Assembly: GCA_004431415.1 (NCBI GenBank)
Contig: QPMI01000543.1
Span: 1 to 51,304, forward strand
DNA from: Cyanophora paradoxa CCMP329
Taxonomy: Eukaryota > Plantae > Glaucophyta
Length of the DNA: 51,304 nucleotides
Direction: 5' to 3'
The position numbers were made by a program, and so were the translations under genes. This document shows positions 24,958 to 36,362 of the stretch, in pieces. The stretch's first letter is position 1; the number at the start of each line of letters is the position of its first letter. Under the pieces are notes generated by a model. That model was not told where the DNA came from and made no database searches. It worked only from the letters and a program-made list of their open reading frames with translations.

Positions 24958-26995
24958 TTCCCCTCGCTCTCTTCAGCCAACTGCAGGCCGACCGCATACC
25001 TCCCTCTCGCTCTCTCGACAGCTGGATGGGGGGTCGAGGAGGAGGCCCGAAAAGTCGAAAGATCTAGATCTAGCTAGGCGCCGTTCAACTCTCGCAGGCG
25101 ACAATCCCAACACGATCATGTGGTGCGATTACGATCGAGCTGGCAGGGCGCCCACATCGATCGAGCTAGCCTACTAGGCGCCTCCCAGCCACCGGCCCGG
25201 GGGCGGGACAGAAAGAATCCGAGGGGGGCAGATCTAGAGGCGCGCGCACTGCACGGCCGCGAGAGAGAGGAGCTCCGCCACCTCCCCGCCCGCCCGGGGT
25301 GCAGAGCTGGACCGCCGTGCGTGTCCCGGTCCGCTGGTGTGCGTCTCCTTTGCCTGCTCCTGCAGCTGAGCGAGGGAGCGACGAGGGGTCCCGAGACCGG
25401 GGCGCCCGGGCCCGGGCGCGATGGGGCAGGGCATCGAGAGCTCGAGCGAGCGGTCTCGATCGCGAGAGGGCGCACCGGTACGGCCCTGCCGAAGAGGCCG
25501 CCGTCGGCCCGGACGACGACCGAGGGCTCCGAGCGGGACCGGCCGCGGCGCGCGCGCCTCCGGTCCCGAAACCGTCCCGAGCCGGTCCAGCTCGGGGCGA
25601 CGTCGAGCAGGCTGGCATTGGCCACATGCATGGCTGGCGAGACGCGCGCAGTGCGCCTAGCTGTAGCCGTAGGCCAATGGCAAGCTCAAGGCTAGGCCAT
25701 GCGCGCGCCCGACGCGCCGCGGCCGCTCGGGCTCCTCGTGCTCGCGATCGAGCCCCCGCCACTCGATTCTTCTCCGTCTGCAGCTGCAGCTGGATCTGCG
25801 CGCCGCGGCGCGCGTTACGTGGCGGCGGGGCCGACGGGGCGCATCGGCGCATGCGCACTAGCACTGCGGCAGCTGCGCATGCAGGCCCGGGGCAGGAGAC
25901 GCCCACGTGCGCGTGGGACGAGCTCTGAGATCGACAGCGCGCCCATGGCGATCTCGATTCCACGCGTTCAAGGCCGCACGGCCAGCGCATCGCCGATCTA
26001 GATCTAGATCAAGACGGCTCGAACTCGATGCTGCATGACGGCTTCACTCGCTGCGATGCCGATGCCGATGCCGATGCAATCGAGCCGATGCATGTGCCGC
26101 TCTTCCCCCGCAAGCTCGCTCGACCGCACTGGGGGCGGCCGCCCCGCGCTGTTCTCGCCGGCACGGGGCAAAGGATCCAGACTTGGAGCGTGCAGTCCGC
26201 CAGTGATCGGGCCCTAGATCTCCTTTCCGCACGACTTAAGCGCGGGGCGCGCGGGGCCACGGGGCGGCCTCGAGCGCGAGGTGCGACTGTACCCCACTGG
26301 CCCGCCCCGCTCTCTTGGATCGGCGGCTCCGACCCACCTCTGCGGTGCGGTACGCTCCTCTCGGATTTGGGCCCCCGTTCCGACCGGATTCGCAGACCCT
26401 GCGCCTTTCCGCAACATTCGATCCGCGAGCTACGAGCACGCGCGATCCACCGTGGCACGCGCGCCATTTGAGAGCCGCGCTGCGAGCGCGGACGATGGCC
26501 TGCCGTCCACCGCAGCCGCCCCCGTGCGCCCCTGCCATCCGATCTGCGACCCGCGGCCATCTCGCACCTTTCTCCCTCGATGGCGTCGCCCGATCGGCCC
26601 TCCACGGTGCACGCCGGCTCTTAGAATGGGTCTGGCCGCCTCTGGAAGACGCAGCGACGCCGGGGCTCGCAGGTCGCCGAGCTGGAGACGGGAATCTCTT
26701 CTTCTTGCATCCTCGGTTCGTACGGCGCTAAGCCTCGCCGACCGCGCTCCCCGGGTCGCGCTCGCGTGCTCACCGACCCCTCAGCGGTGGCGGGGCGGCG
26801 TGGGACGCTTCGTTCTCTTCGGGGCGGGCTGGGCGGGGGCGGCACCCGCGGATCGGGCGGACGAGGCCGAGCGGGGGCCGATCCGTCGGCTCCGGCAGCT
26901 GCGGCGCGACCGCCGGCTCCATCCCTTTCTCTTCCCTCTTTCCGGCGCGCCCCCGTGTCCGGCGCGCCGTCCGGCCCGGTTCCTTTTGGCCGCGG

Positions 26996-29900
26996 TCACG
27001 GCCCGCGGTTCTTCCGCGGCCTCCCGCGCGCCCGCGGGGCCCCCGAGCCGCCCCGTACGGCGGCCCCCGCACGCGGCGTCGGAGGAGCGGGGGGCGAGGA
27101 CGGCCCGCCCCCCAGGCCCAGCAGGTCGGAGATGCGGGCCGGGGGCGTGCGGATGTCGACGGCGCCATTGCGGGCATCGTACCTCACCGGCGCGAGGGTG
27201 CGCACGCCCGTCCACTCGCGCGCGCTGCCCTCTGAGCTCGGCGTCCAGAGCGCCCCGAACCGGCGGAGGACGGCCCAGCGCGACTCGTACTCGCCGCTCG
27301 GGAGGCGCACCATCTGCACCAGCCGGGCGAACACGGTCCGGGGCAGCGGGTCCGCCGCGTGCGTCGCCACCGCCGCCGCCACCTGCCCCGGGGGTACGGG
27401 CTCGCGCTGACCCACCTCAGGTGCCACACGGGCCGCGACGGCGGGTCCGCGGGCTGCGCGGCGGGGAGAGCGGGGCGCTCCGGGCCCGGAGACGCCGCGG
27501 GGGAGGCGGCCCGACGCCCCTTGGTCTCCGCCCCGCGTCCCGTCCCCGACGCCCCGCCCCCGCGGCGGGCCCTCGTGCGGCTCCCGCTGCCGTTGGGGCA
27601 GGTCTGCGCGTGCCTTCGGGCCCCCGCCGCCGTCTGAAAGGTCTGGCGTCGGTGAGACGGTGCGCGTGCGCGCGCGCGCGCTCGCTCCCCCTCGCTCGCT
27701 CGCGGAAGGGTGGGGCGGGGCGGGCTCACCCGTCGGCAGGGCTCGCAGTACCGGCCCTCTCCGATTGCGAGGTCGAGCTCCATCTGGTCTCCCGGGTCGA
27801 GGCGCCGCCGCTGCCACGGGAACCGCTTCGGCTTTCGCGGCCGCTCCTCTTCCTCCTCTTCCTCTTCCTCCTCTTCCTCTTCCTCTTCCTCCTCTTGCTC
27901 CTCCTCCTCCTCCTCCTCTTCCTCTTCCTCCTCTTCTTTGCCGCCCTCTGTCTCGCTCCGGCTCCCGCTCCGGCTCCCGCTCCCGCTCCCGCTTCCGCTC
28001 CGGCTCTCCGGCTCCCCTCCCTTTCCGGGCGGGGTACCGCCTCCCCGCGGGGGACGGGCGGCGGTGCGCGGCGGGACCGACGTCGGCGTCGCGCCCGTCG
28101 ACGTCTCGGGAGCGCGGGGCGAGCTCGGAGGCGGCAGAGGGGCGACCGCAAAGGGTACGGCGGTGCGGACGGGTACGGCGGTGGGGACGGGTACGGCGGC
28201 GGGCGCCTCGCCGGGGCCCGGCCCGCCCGGGTCCGGATCGGCGGGGAGGAGGGCCGGCGGCGAGTCGCGGTCGGCGGCCCCCGTGGACCGCTCCCGCTCG
28301 GCGGCGCGGCGGCGCTCGTGCTCCTCGGCCAGGCGCTGGAGGTACGCGACGGCGGCCGTCGCCGTGCGCTGCCGCGCGCTGGCGTCGTAGTGCGTCGTCG
28401 CCGTCTGCGGCGTGTGCGCCAGGAGGCGCGCCACGCCCTCGGTCACCGCCGCCGCCGCGTCCCCCTCGATCAGGTTCACCGCCGCCTGGTCCCGCACGTG
28501 CGTCGTGATGACCGCCCGCATCGTCTTGGCCGTCACAGGCACCCCGGTGTAGCGCACCATCACCTGCGCGCGCGCGCGCGCGGGCGCGCGGGGCGCCGGC
28601 GTCAGCGTCGGCGTCGGGATTCGAGCCCACGCAGTAGGTTCGCTCCCCCTCTTCCCCCCCTCCCCCCTCCCCCCTCCTCCCCCCCCTCCTTCTCCCCCCC
28701 CCCCCCCCCCCCCCCCCCCCTCTTCTCCCCGAGCGCACCTTTCTGACAAAGGCCGCCCAGCCGCTCTCGGAGAGGCAGGTGCCGAGGCTCGAGGCAAAGA
28801 GCCAGCCCTGGTCGGGCCCGCCCGGCGGCAGGAGGAGGGCGCGGAACCGCTCGATGTAGACGTCGAGCGGCCCCTGGAGGCAGTCGGCGATCGGCACGAT
28901 CATCGCGCCGTGGGACCTGCGCGGCCCGGCCTCGGCGCGGGCGGGAGGGGGAGGGGCAGGGGGGTACGAGGGCGCGGGGGCGCGCACTTGGCCGTCTTCG
29001 AGACGAGCTCGCCGGTCTCCCCGTGGCGCATCTCGAGGAGGCTCAGGTGCCACCGCCCGCCGTCGCGGCGCAGCGTGTGACCGATGCGCAGGCGCCGCAC
29101 GACGCCGACGCGGGCCGGCGTCACCGAGATGAACCCGATGAGCACGGCCTCGCGCAGCAGCCGGGCCTTGTCCAGCTCGAGCGGCGCCCGCTCGTACGCC
29201 GCGAGCGCCTCGACCCGCGCGGACAGCACCGCGTCGAACGAGACCCAGTTCGGTCCGCGCGGCCGCCACCCCCGCTGCTGCTTCTTCTCCTTTTCGAGCT
29301 GCGTCTTCAGGTTCCGGAGGGGGCGCGCGTGGGGACCCTCGGAGGACCCTCCGCCCGGCCCGCCCGACGTACCCCCTCCGCCGCCGCCGCCGCCGCCGCC
29401 AGAGGTGCGGGAGCAGACAAAGGTGTAGGCCTGCATGATGCTCTGCGTGTACCCCGCGAGCGTGCCGGGCGCGAGACGGCGCTCCTCGCGCAGGTACTGC
29501 AGGAAGCGGACGTAGATCTCGACAAAGTCGGCCCGCGCCAGCAGGTCCATGGTGAGGGGCCCGACGCGCTCGCGCTCCTTGACGTACCCCAGCAGGCGGC
29601 CGATCGTCCCCACGTCGTTGACGAGCACCGTGCTGCGCTCCGCCGCGCCCCCCTGGCGGTCGGGGTTGAGGGCCGAGGTGCGCCACGCCTGAAACGCCGC
29701 CAGCTGGTTCTTCAGCTCCCGTGACATCTCCGCCTCGCGCAGGGCGTACGGCGCCAGGCGCTCCGGCTCCGGCTCGCCCCCCCCGTCGGCCGCCTCTTCC
29801 TCCTCCTCCTCCCCCTCCCCCTCCTCCTTGCCCTCTCCTCCCTCGGGGGCTTCGAGGGGCCCTGCGTCCTCGCCCTCTTCGGCCTCGGCGGACGATCCCG

Positions 29901-31747
29901 AGGAGCGGGAAGAGGACGAGGAGAGCGAGGGCGGGGGCGGGGGCGAGGGCAAGGGCCCCGGCGGCGCGGCGGCGGGGGCGGAGGAGGAGGAGGAGGGGGA
30001 GGGGCCGGGGCCGGCGGAGGGGCCCCCTACCCCCCGCCGACGGGCGGCTCGGGGGGGTACCGAGGGGGGCGGCGGGGGGAGGACGACGCGCTCGGCGTCG
30101 GGCAGCGAGTCCTCGTCAAAGAGGACGACCTCCTTGTCCACCATCCCGCTCTCCAGGAGCGTCCGGTACGCCTCGCGCTTCTCCGCGATGAAGCGCCCGT
30201 TCTCCTCCGAGATCGCCGCCGACACCGCCTCGCCCCTTCGCACGTAGGCCAGGCTCCCCGCGGAGATCTCGTCGCCCCAGGGGAACCCCGTCATCACCTC
30301 CGTCGTGAGCGCCTCGGCGAACCAGAGCGTCCACGGCCCGCACTGGTACCCGTCCCCGACCTGCAGGCGCCCGCGCGTCTCCGTGACGAAGCGGTAGCGG
30401 GGAAAGGCGGCCTTGCAGGCGCGCTCGAGCCTGGGGTCGGGCGGGCCGCCGAGCGAGTCCCAGAAGCGCGTCTGCTTCGACGCCCCGTCCACCGCGAGGA
30501 GGGTCCAGTGGCCCCCGCTCGATCCCCCTGGGTGCGCTCCCCGCCGCGCCTCAGGTTGCCACGCTGACGGGGCAGAGGACGCAGGTCCCGCGCTCGGCGG
30601 CGCCCAGGGCCCTGCGCGCCCGCCGCGCCTCGTCGGCGCGCGCGTACCGGAGCAGCAGCGACGTCACGATCTCGACGTGCATGGGGTAGAGGGCCTTGAT
30701 CCGTCCCCCGGCGCCGGCGCGGAGCAGCAGCAGCGTGAGGACGTTGGCGATCTCGGCGTCGCGGAGCCAGCTCTTGCGGCCGAAGATCGAGATGCGGCGG
30801 GCCAGCGGGAGGGGCCGGGAGGGCCCCGCAGCGGCCACGGCGGCCGGGTCCGCCCCCTCGAGCACGAGGCGGGCCCTCTGGAACTCGGCGGCCAGCCCCT
30901 CTCTCCGGTCCGGCAGCGCCCCGAGGAAGCGCTCCGCCCCCAGGGCGCTGACAAAGGCCCACCTGCGCGCAGATCCGTGCGTCGCGACGTCGGCCCCGAG
31001 GCCGCCGTAGTGGACGAGGGTGCGGGTGAGGAGGGCGAGCCGCTCGCGCCCCACCGTCCGCGTGCTCGCCTCGAAGCGGTGCGGCCCGCCCACCGCGAGG
31101 TCCGGGTGCCGCCTCATGATCTCCATCCGGACGCAGTTCGTGGAGCGCGAGTCCCCGTAGGCCGCCTGGGCGAGGCTCGCCAGCGGGATCCACCACTCGA
31201 GCTCCGGCACCTGCGTACCCCCCCCGGCCCCCACCGTTGCCGGCGGCGATGGGGAGGGGGGTACAGGGGTACGCACCTCGATCCGCCGCGCGCGCACGGC
31301 CAGGAACCGATCCCCCGCGGCGCGCAGGACCTGCATCTCGAGGCGCTCGAGACGGGCCTGCCTCCGGCGCTCCAGCGCGGCGTAGAGCTCGGCCGCCGCG
31401 CGGTGCATGCGCCCGTCCTGCGAGCGCTCCCACGTGTTGCTCACGATCGGCTCGACGTAGCGCAGGGGCAGGACCCGCGGCGGCCGCTCCTGCGCGTCGT
31501 GCACGTTGCGCGCGATGGCGCCCAGCGTCTCCAGGAGGAGGATGGCGTTTTCGTCGGGCAGCGGGCGCGTCGGGACCCGGTGCGCCTCGGTGAGCGCCTC
31601 GTCGCCGCTCGCGATGCCCAGCAGACGCCTGAGCTCGGCCGTGCAGACGCAGGGGCCGGCGTCCGTCCGCAGGACCACGAGGCGGGCCGGCCCGTACGGG
31701 CCCTCGAACTCGGCCAGCTCGTACGTGTCCGTGACCGCGGAGAACAT
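26996..31747 (-). CDS. Spliced multidomain protein: Ulp1/SENP-type (C48) cysteine protease + tyrosine recombinase + acidic tract + C2HC zinc finger + AT-hook
   Basis: Protease motifs WLRDAEI, GGHWTLLAVD, FWDSL, QVGDGYQCG. Recombinase motifs TPARVG (R), SKTAKSHG (K), AKTMR (K-x-x-R), LLAHT (H), TTHYD (Y). Inferred GT-AG introns 31211-31276, 28917-28987, 28564-28738 and 27643-27729; splicing restores KTAKSHG and CEPCRRTFQTAAGARRHAQTC. C-terminal RGRPRK. Unresolved frame changes near 30560 and 27400. Confidence 0.82.
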
Positions 31748-32589
31748 TCTCTGCTCCCCGCGGCCGCCCCTCTCCGAGGTCGGGCGCGCGGGGGGCTTTT
31801 AGTCGCGGCGCCCCGGCCCCTCTCGGGCCTTTGTCGGCCCCTTAGTTGCAGTACCCTGAGGCCTTTGCCGGTCCGCTTCATTGCAGTACCCCTGCCTTCC
31901 TCGCGACCTCGCATTCATTGCTGTACCCCTGCCCGCCTCGCTTCCCCCACCTCCTTTCCCGCCCCTCGGAGCCGCTTCCGAGGCCTCGCTCCGCGCGCCT
32001 TGTGCGGCGCGAGCGCCGGCGCCGAGCGCGCTATCAGCGTAGAACGGTGTGCGGAGCACGCACGGCACCTTTCCGCGCCGTTTGCGCGCGTCTGGAGCGC
32101 CCCTGGGGGGAGGGGGGCCCCCCCGGGGTCGCGATCGAAGGCCGAAAGAGGGGCCGCATATACCGCACTAAAATTAGCATCAATTAGAGGGGGTCCCCTG
32201 CATGCCTTCGACGGCCTTTGTGCGGATCCGAAAATTCATTTGACCCCTTTTTCGGGGGGGGTGGGACTGGTATGGCACCTTTTGATTATCGTTTTGTTAA
32301 ATGAGCGGGATCGATCCGATCCGCACTAAGCCACTTTTTAAGAGTAAAGCGGGTCCCTGCATGCCGAATTCGAGCTCGGTGCCCAGCGGATCGGAAATCG
32401 GGTCTCGCCGGCGGCCCCCGGGGACCCCCTCGGAAACCGTTCCTAGGGCGGGCGCCGGCCCAAACGCACCGCCAGGAGTCGAGAGCGCGGCTATCAACAG
32501 GGATGAACGCGCAGAGGCTGCCGGCACCCTTCTTCGTGCGGGCCGGGGTACGCGTGCGGTTCTGCGGGAGGCTCTCATCTTCGAATCAT

Positions 32590-32616
32590 GGGTTCGAATC
32601 CCGGCGGGAGACTTTT
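32590..32616 (+). promoter_or_regulatory. Isolated Pol III B-box-like motif followed by TTTT
   Basis: GGGTTCGAATCCC matches the GGTTCGANTCC consensus; no tRNA cloverleaf upstream; similar motifs at ~14873 (+) and ~19292-19304 (-). Confidence 0.3.
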
Positions 32617-32782
32617 GTCCTGCGAGCAGAGCGGCGCTTTCCACGCCAATAGCCATGCTCCTCGGCCGCGGCGTCGCTCTCTCGGCGCGCCCCGTGCGCG
32701 TGCGCGCGTTGAAAAGGGACCCCGAGCGAGTCGGCTCCTCGGCGCGCTCCACGAGGTCCGCACCCGCAGACGCTCTCGGAGG

Positions 32783-34039
32783 ATGGCCCGCATCAAGCAG
32801 ACGGTGAGCGAGAGCGCCCGCCCCGCGCTCTTCTCCTCGTCCTCGTCGTCCGCCTTGCAGCCGATCATATGCATCGTGTCTCATGTCCGCCGTCTCTCGC
32901 AGGCAAAGAAGAGCACCGGCGGCAAGGCGCCGCGCAAGAAGCTGGCTACCAAGGCGGCCCGCCGCTCGGCTCCGGCGGCAGGCGGGGTGCGTGATGTCGC
33001 AGCGCGCGTCGCGTCCCAGCCGGAGCGCCGGCGCCGCATCCCGCGGCCGGCGCGTCTAACGTGTGCGCATGCGCACCGCAGGTGAAGAAGCCGCACCGCT
33101 ACCGCCCTGGTCGTCTCCCTCCCCGCCCCGCGGCCGCGCTCTAGCTCAATGCAAGCTACGCCACATGCATGCATGCACGCATACACGCAGCTATAGCTAG
33201 CTATAGATGCACCCCGCCCGCGCGCGCCGCTCCGGCCTCTCTCTCTCTCTCGCTCGCTCTCACCGATTCCTGACGCGCGTACCGCGCCGGTCGTCGGGCG
33301 GCGGCGGCGACGGAAAGGCACGGTGGCGCTCCGCGAGGTGCGCATGCATGCCGAGCCTACCGTAGCTGAGCCGACTCTGCGCCTGCGCGCCGCCTGATCC
33401 CGCGTCGCATCGCAGATCCGCAAGTACCAAAAGGTGGGCGCTGCCGCCGCGCTGCCGCCGGCCCGCCGCCGCGGGGCCCGGGCCCCGTGGCCCCGGGATC
33501 GTTCGACTGAGACCGCGGACGCAGACGACGAACCCGCTGATCCCCTACGCGCCCTTTAAGCGCCTCGTCCGCCTTCCCGCCCCCTTTTCCCGCCGCACCC
33601 CCGCACTCCCTGCCACGTCGTTTTCGCGCCCGCGCGGCGCAGGTCCAGGAGATCGGGAGCGAGATTGCCAAGGAGAAGAACGAGGAGGGGGCAGACCCCA
33701 AGATCGAGCTCCGCTGGACGCGCGAGGCCATCGAGTGCCTGCGCGAGGCCAGCGAGATGGTCCGCCGCGTTTGCGCCCCGGCCCCGCCCCCTCGACCCCA
33801 AGGGCGCGCTTCCCACGCTCGCTTTGCCCGCCTCTGCGCAGCAACTCATCAAGCACTTTGAGGAGGCGAACCTCTTGGCGATCCACCGCAGGCGCATCAC
33901 CATCCAGCCCAAGGTGCGGCCCCCGCCACCGCCAAGCCCCTGCGCCCGACCCCTGCCCCGCGCGCTCCGTTCTGTCCAGGACATTCAGCTCGCCCGCCGC
34001 ATCCGCGGCGAGCCTGCGACGGAGCCCACGGCCTCCTGA
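32783..34039 (+). CDS. Histone H3 variant, 153 aa, 9 exons; canonical-type tail on a CenH3-like histone fold
   Basis: Exons 32783-32803, 32903-32986, 33082-33109, 33318-33337, 33416-33433, 33525-33566, 33643-33759, 33842-33913, 33980-34039, all introns GT-AG. Product: [153 protein letters not shown]. Confidence 0.95.
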
Positions 34040-34393
34040 TCGCGACGGCGGCGGTCCAACAGCGGTCCGCGCAGAGGCCCGTCTCGGTCCGTCGCCCCTG
34101 CCCTCCTCTCCTTCGCCCCCCTTTCCCCGTACCCCCCCACCCCCCCACGCCGAGCCTCACCGGCGCGCGCGGCCGTGGCCAGCTCCGGGCTTGGCCGAGA
34201 GCCGGCGAGCCTGGCGTCGCCCTCCCTCCCCCTTCTCTCCCCCCCTCCCCCCCCCCCCCCCCCTTCCCCCCTCCTGTTTCTCTCCCGACTCGCCGCTCTC
34301 TCCCTCGTGCGAGAGCACCGCTGCTTCTGTACAGCAATGACCACACCGCACGCATACCCCCCGGGCCCTGTCTAAGAGGCGCGCGTCTAAGAG

Positions 34394-35675
34394 GGCGGCT
34401 TTGAGCGAAGCCTGGACGTAAATGGGAAACGCAGTACCCCCAGGGGGCGAGCTGAGCGTGGCCGGAGGGAGAGAGGAGAGAGGGGGGAGGGGCGGCCTTG
34501 AACAAAGCCTGGACGTAAATGGGAAACGCAGTACCCCAGGGGCGAGCTGAGCTTGGCCGGAGGGAGAGAGGGGGGAGGGGCGGCCTTGAGCAAAGCCTGG
34601 ACGTAAATGGGAAACGCAGTACCCCCAGGGGGGCAAGCTGAGCTTGGCCGGAGGGAGAGAGGAGAGAGAGAGGGGGCAGCTTTGAGCGAAGCCTGGACGT
34701 AAATGGGAAACGCAGTACCCCCAGGGGGGCGAGCTGAGCGTGGCCGGAGGGAGAGAGGAGAGAGGGGGGAGGGGCGGCCTTGAACAAAGCCTGGACGTAA
34801 ATGGGAAACGCAGTACCCCCAGGGGAGCAAGCTGAGCTTGGCCGGAGGGAGAGAGGGGGGAGGGGCGGCCTTGAGCAAAGCCTGGACGTAAATGGGAAAC
34901 GCTGTACCCCCAGGGGGGCGAGCTGAGCGTGGCCGGAGGGAGGGGGGGGGGGGGGGGGGGGGCGGGGGGCGGCCTTGAGCAAAGCCTGGACGTAAATGGG
35001 AAACGCAGTACCCCCAGGGGGGCGAGCTGAGCGTGGCCGGAGGGAGAGACGGGAGAGGGGGGAGAGCAGAGAAATGCAGGGCCCCAGGCGAGCTCCCCCC
35101 TCTCCCTCTCCTCCTCCCATCAGCCAAACGGAGCACACGATCGGCGATAGTCATCATGATCAATATTACCTGCACAAGCGAACGGTCCCGATACTCATCT
35201 TATCTAGAACTTCCAGCTTCTGAGCCTCACGATCAGCACCTAGATTTCAATTAGCCCTAGGCCTTCTTTCTCCTATGGTCCGTCTCTCGCTTTTTAATTT
35301 CAAGCTCATGATCGATTTCGATATATATTGCCGCTGTCCAAAGTCGAATCTTTTGTTGTGAAATCAAACTTCTGGCAACTCTCCTCCGCAGAGAGGAGGG
35401 TCCCGGGTACGAAGTTTCCCATTATCGTCCAGGCCTCCCCTATGGCGGGCCGGGAACGCTCCGGATCTGCAGAGAGGAGGGCCCCGGGGTACAGCGTTTC
35501 CCATTATCGTCCAGGCCTCCCTATGGCGGGGCTGCCCCGCAGAGAGGAGATCTGCGGGGGTACATCGTTTCCCATTATCGTCCAGGGCTCCCCTATGGCG
35601 GGGGCGCTCCGCAGAGAGGAGGGGCGTGGGATACAGCGTTTCCCATTATCGTCCAGGGCTCCCCTATGGCCGGGG
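34394..35675. repeat. Bipartite repeat module 3 (7 forward cores, type-B centre, 4 reverse cores)
   Basis: Forward cores at ~34412, 34509, 34597, 34693, 34791, 34882, 34986; centre ~35065-35400; reverse cores at ~35405, 35486, 35557, 35628. Confidence 0.95.
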
Positions 35676-36362
35676 CGCCCTGCAGATATAGAGAGCTCGA
35701 GGCCTCGGGTTCGATCCGCGACCGGGCTCGATCTCTTCTAGATCTGGATCCGCGGGGCCCGGGGATTCCGGTCGCTTGCGCTTCTTCGGGGGCCGGGCCC
35801 GCGCGGCGCCCGCCGATTGCGAGCTCGAGCTCGCGCCGCGGCGCCCCCAGCGGGCGTCCAGCGCGCGCAGGACCGCGCCCGGGTCGGACGCGTACTGGGT
35901 GGAGAGCTGGCGTGCCGCCCGCTGGACGATGCGGCTGCCGAGCGGGCCCTGGTACGCGTCGAGGAACATGAGCAGGTCGAGGAGCTCAAAGTACGCCCCG
36001 AGGTCGGGCGGCTCGCGCTCGGGGGGCCACGTTCCAAACGCGGCGGCGTTGGCGAGGCGCACGGTGGCCGCCGAGGCGGGGAGGTCGACGGGGACCGTCC
36101 CGGATCCGGACCCGGCCGCCGCGACGGCGTCGCTGCACTCGAGCACCGACCCGAGCAGCCGCGAGTACCCCACGAGGGCGGCGCAGAGGGGCACGCTCTC
36201 GCCGTCGGGGGTGCAGCGCGCCACGAGGGCGGGACCAAGATCGAGATCCAGGGGCGGGGCCGGCGCGCGCGCAGCGGGCGGCAGATGTAGAGTCTGCGGG
36301 GGTAGCGCCCGGGGCGAGAGCGCGAGGTGGGGTGCGCATGCGGTGTGCGTGGAGGTGCTCAT
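35664..36362 (-). CDS. Skp1/BTB(POZ)-like protein with basic NLS
   Basis: CTPDGESVPL...YSRLLGSVLE...VPVDLPASAATVRL...YFELLDLLMFLD parallels the Skp1/ElonginC pattern (SSDG..F....S..I..M....IPL....LFEL..AA.YL); PPKKRKR near the C-terminus. Confidence 0.6.
   Translation of the reverse strand: MSTSTHTACAPHLALSPRALPPQTLHLPPAARAPAPPLDLDLGPALVARCTPDGESVPLCAALVGYSRLLGSVLECSDAVAAAGSGSGTVPVDLPASAATVRLANAAAFGTWPPEREPPDLGAYFELLDLLMFLDAYQGPLGSRIVQRAARQLSTQYASDPGAVLRALDARWGRRGASSSSQSAGAARARPPKKRKRPESPGPADPDLEEIEPGRGSNPRPRALYICRAPRP

Noticed and set aside
30540-30575. Programmed frameshift or small intron inside the protease domain
   Set aside because: No slippery heptamer, and the nearby GT-AG pairs do not restore the frame; a 1-nt error or mutation is simpler.
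26281-32329. Long plus-strand ORFs (821 aa, 638 aa and others)
   Set aside because: Arg/Pro/Gly-rich antisense shadows of the GC-rich minus-strand recombinase gene.
32540-32616. tRNA gene
   Set aside because: Only a T-arm/B-box match; no acceptor, D or anticodon stems could be folded.
33897-35741. ORFs with repeated GTAFPIYVQ / GYSVSHYRPG peptides (also at 22-25 kb, 46-47 kb and 50-51 kb)
   Set aside because: These are translations of the DNA repeat; the frame changes from unit to unit.
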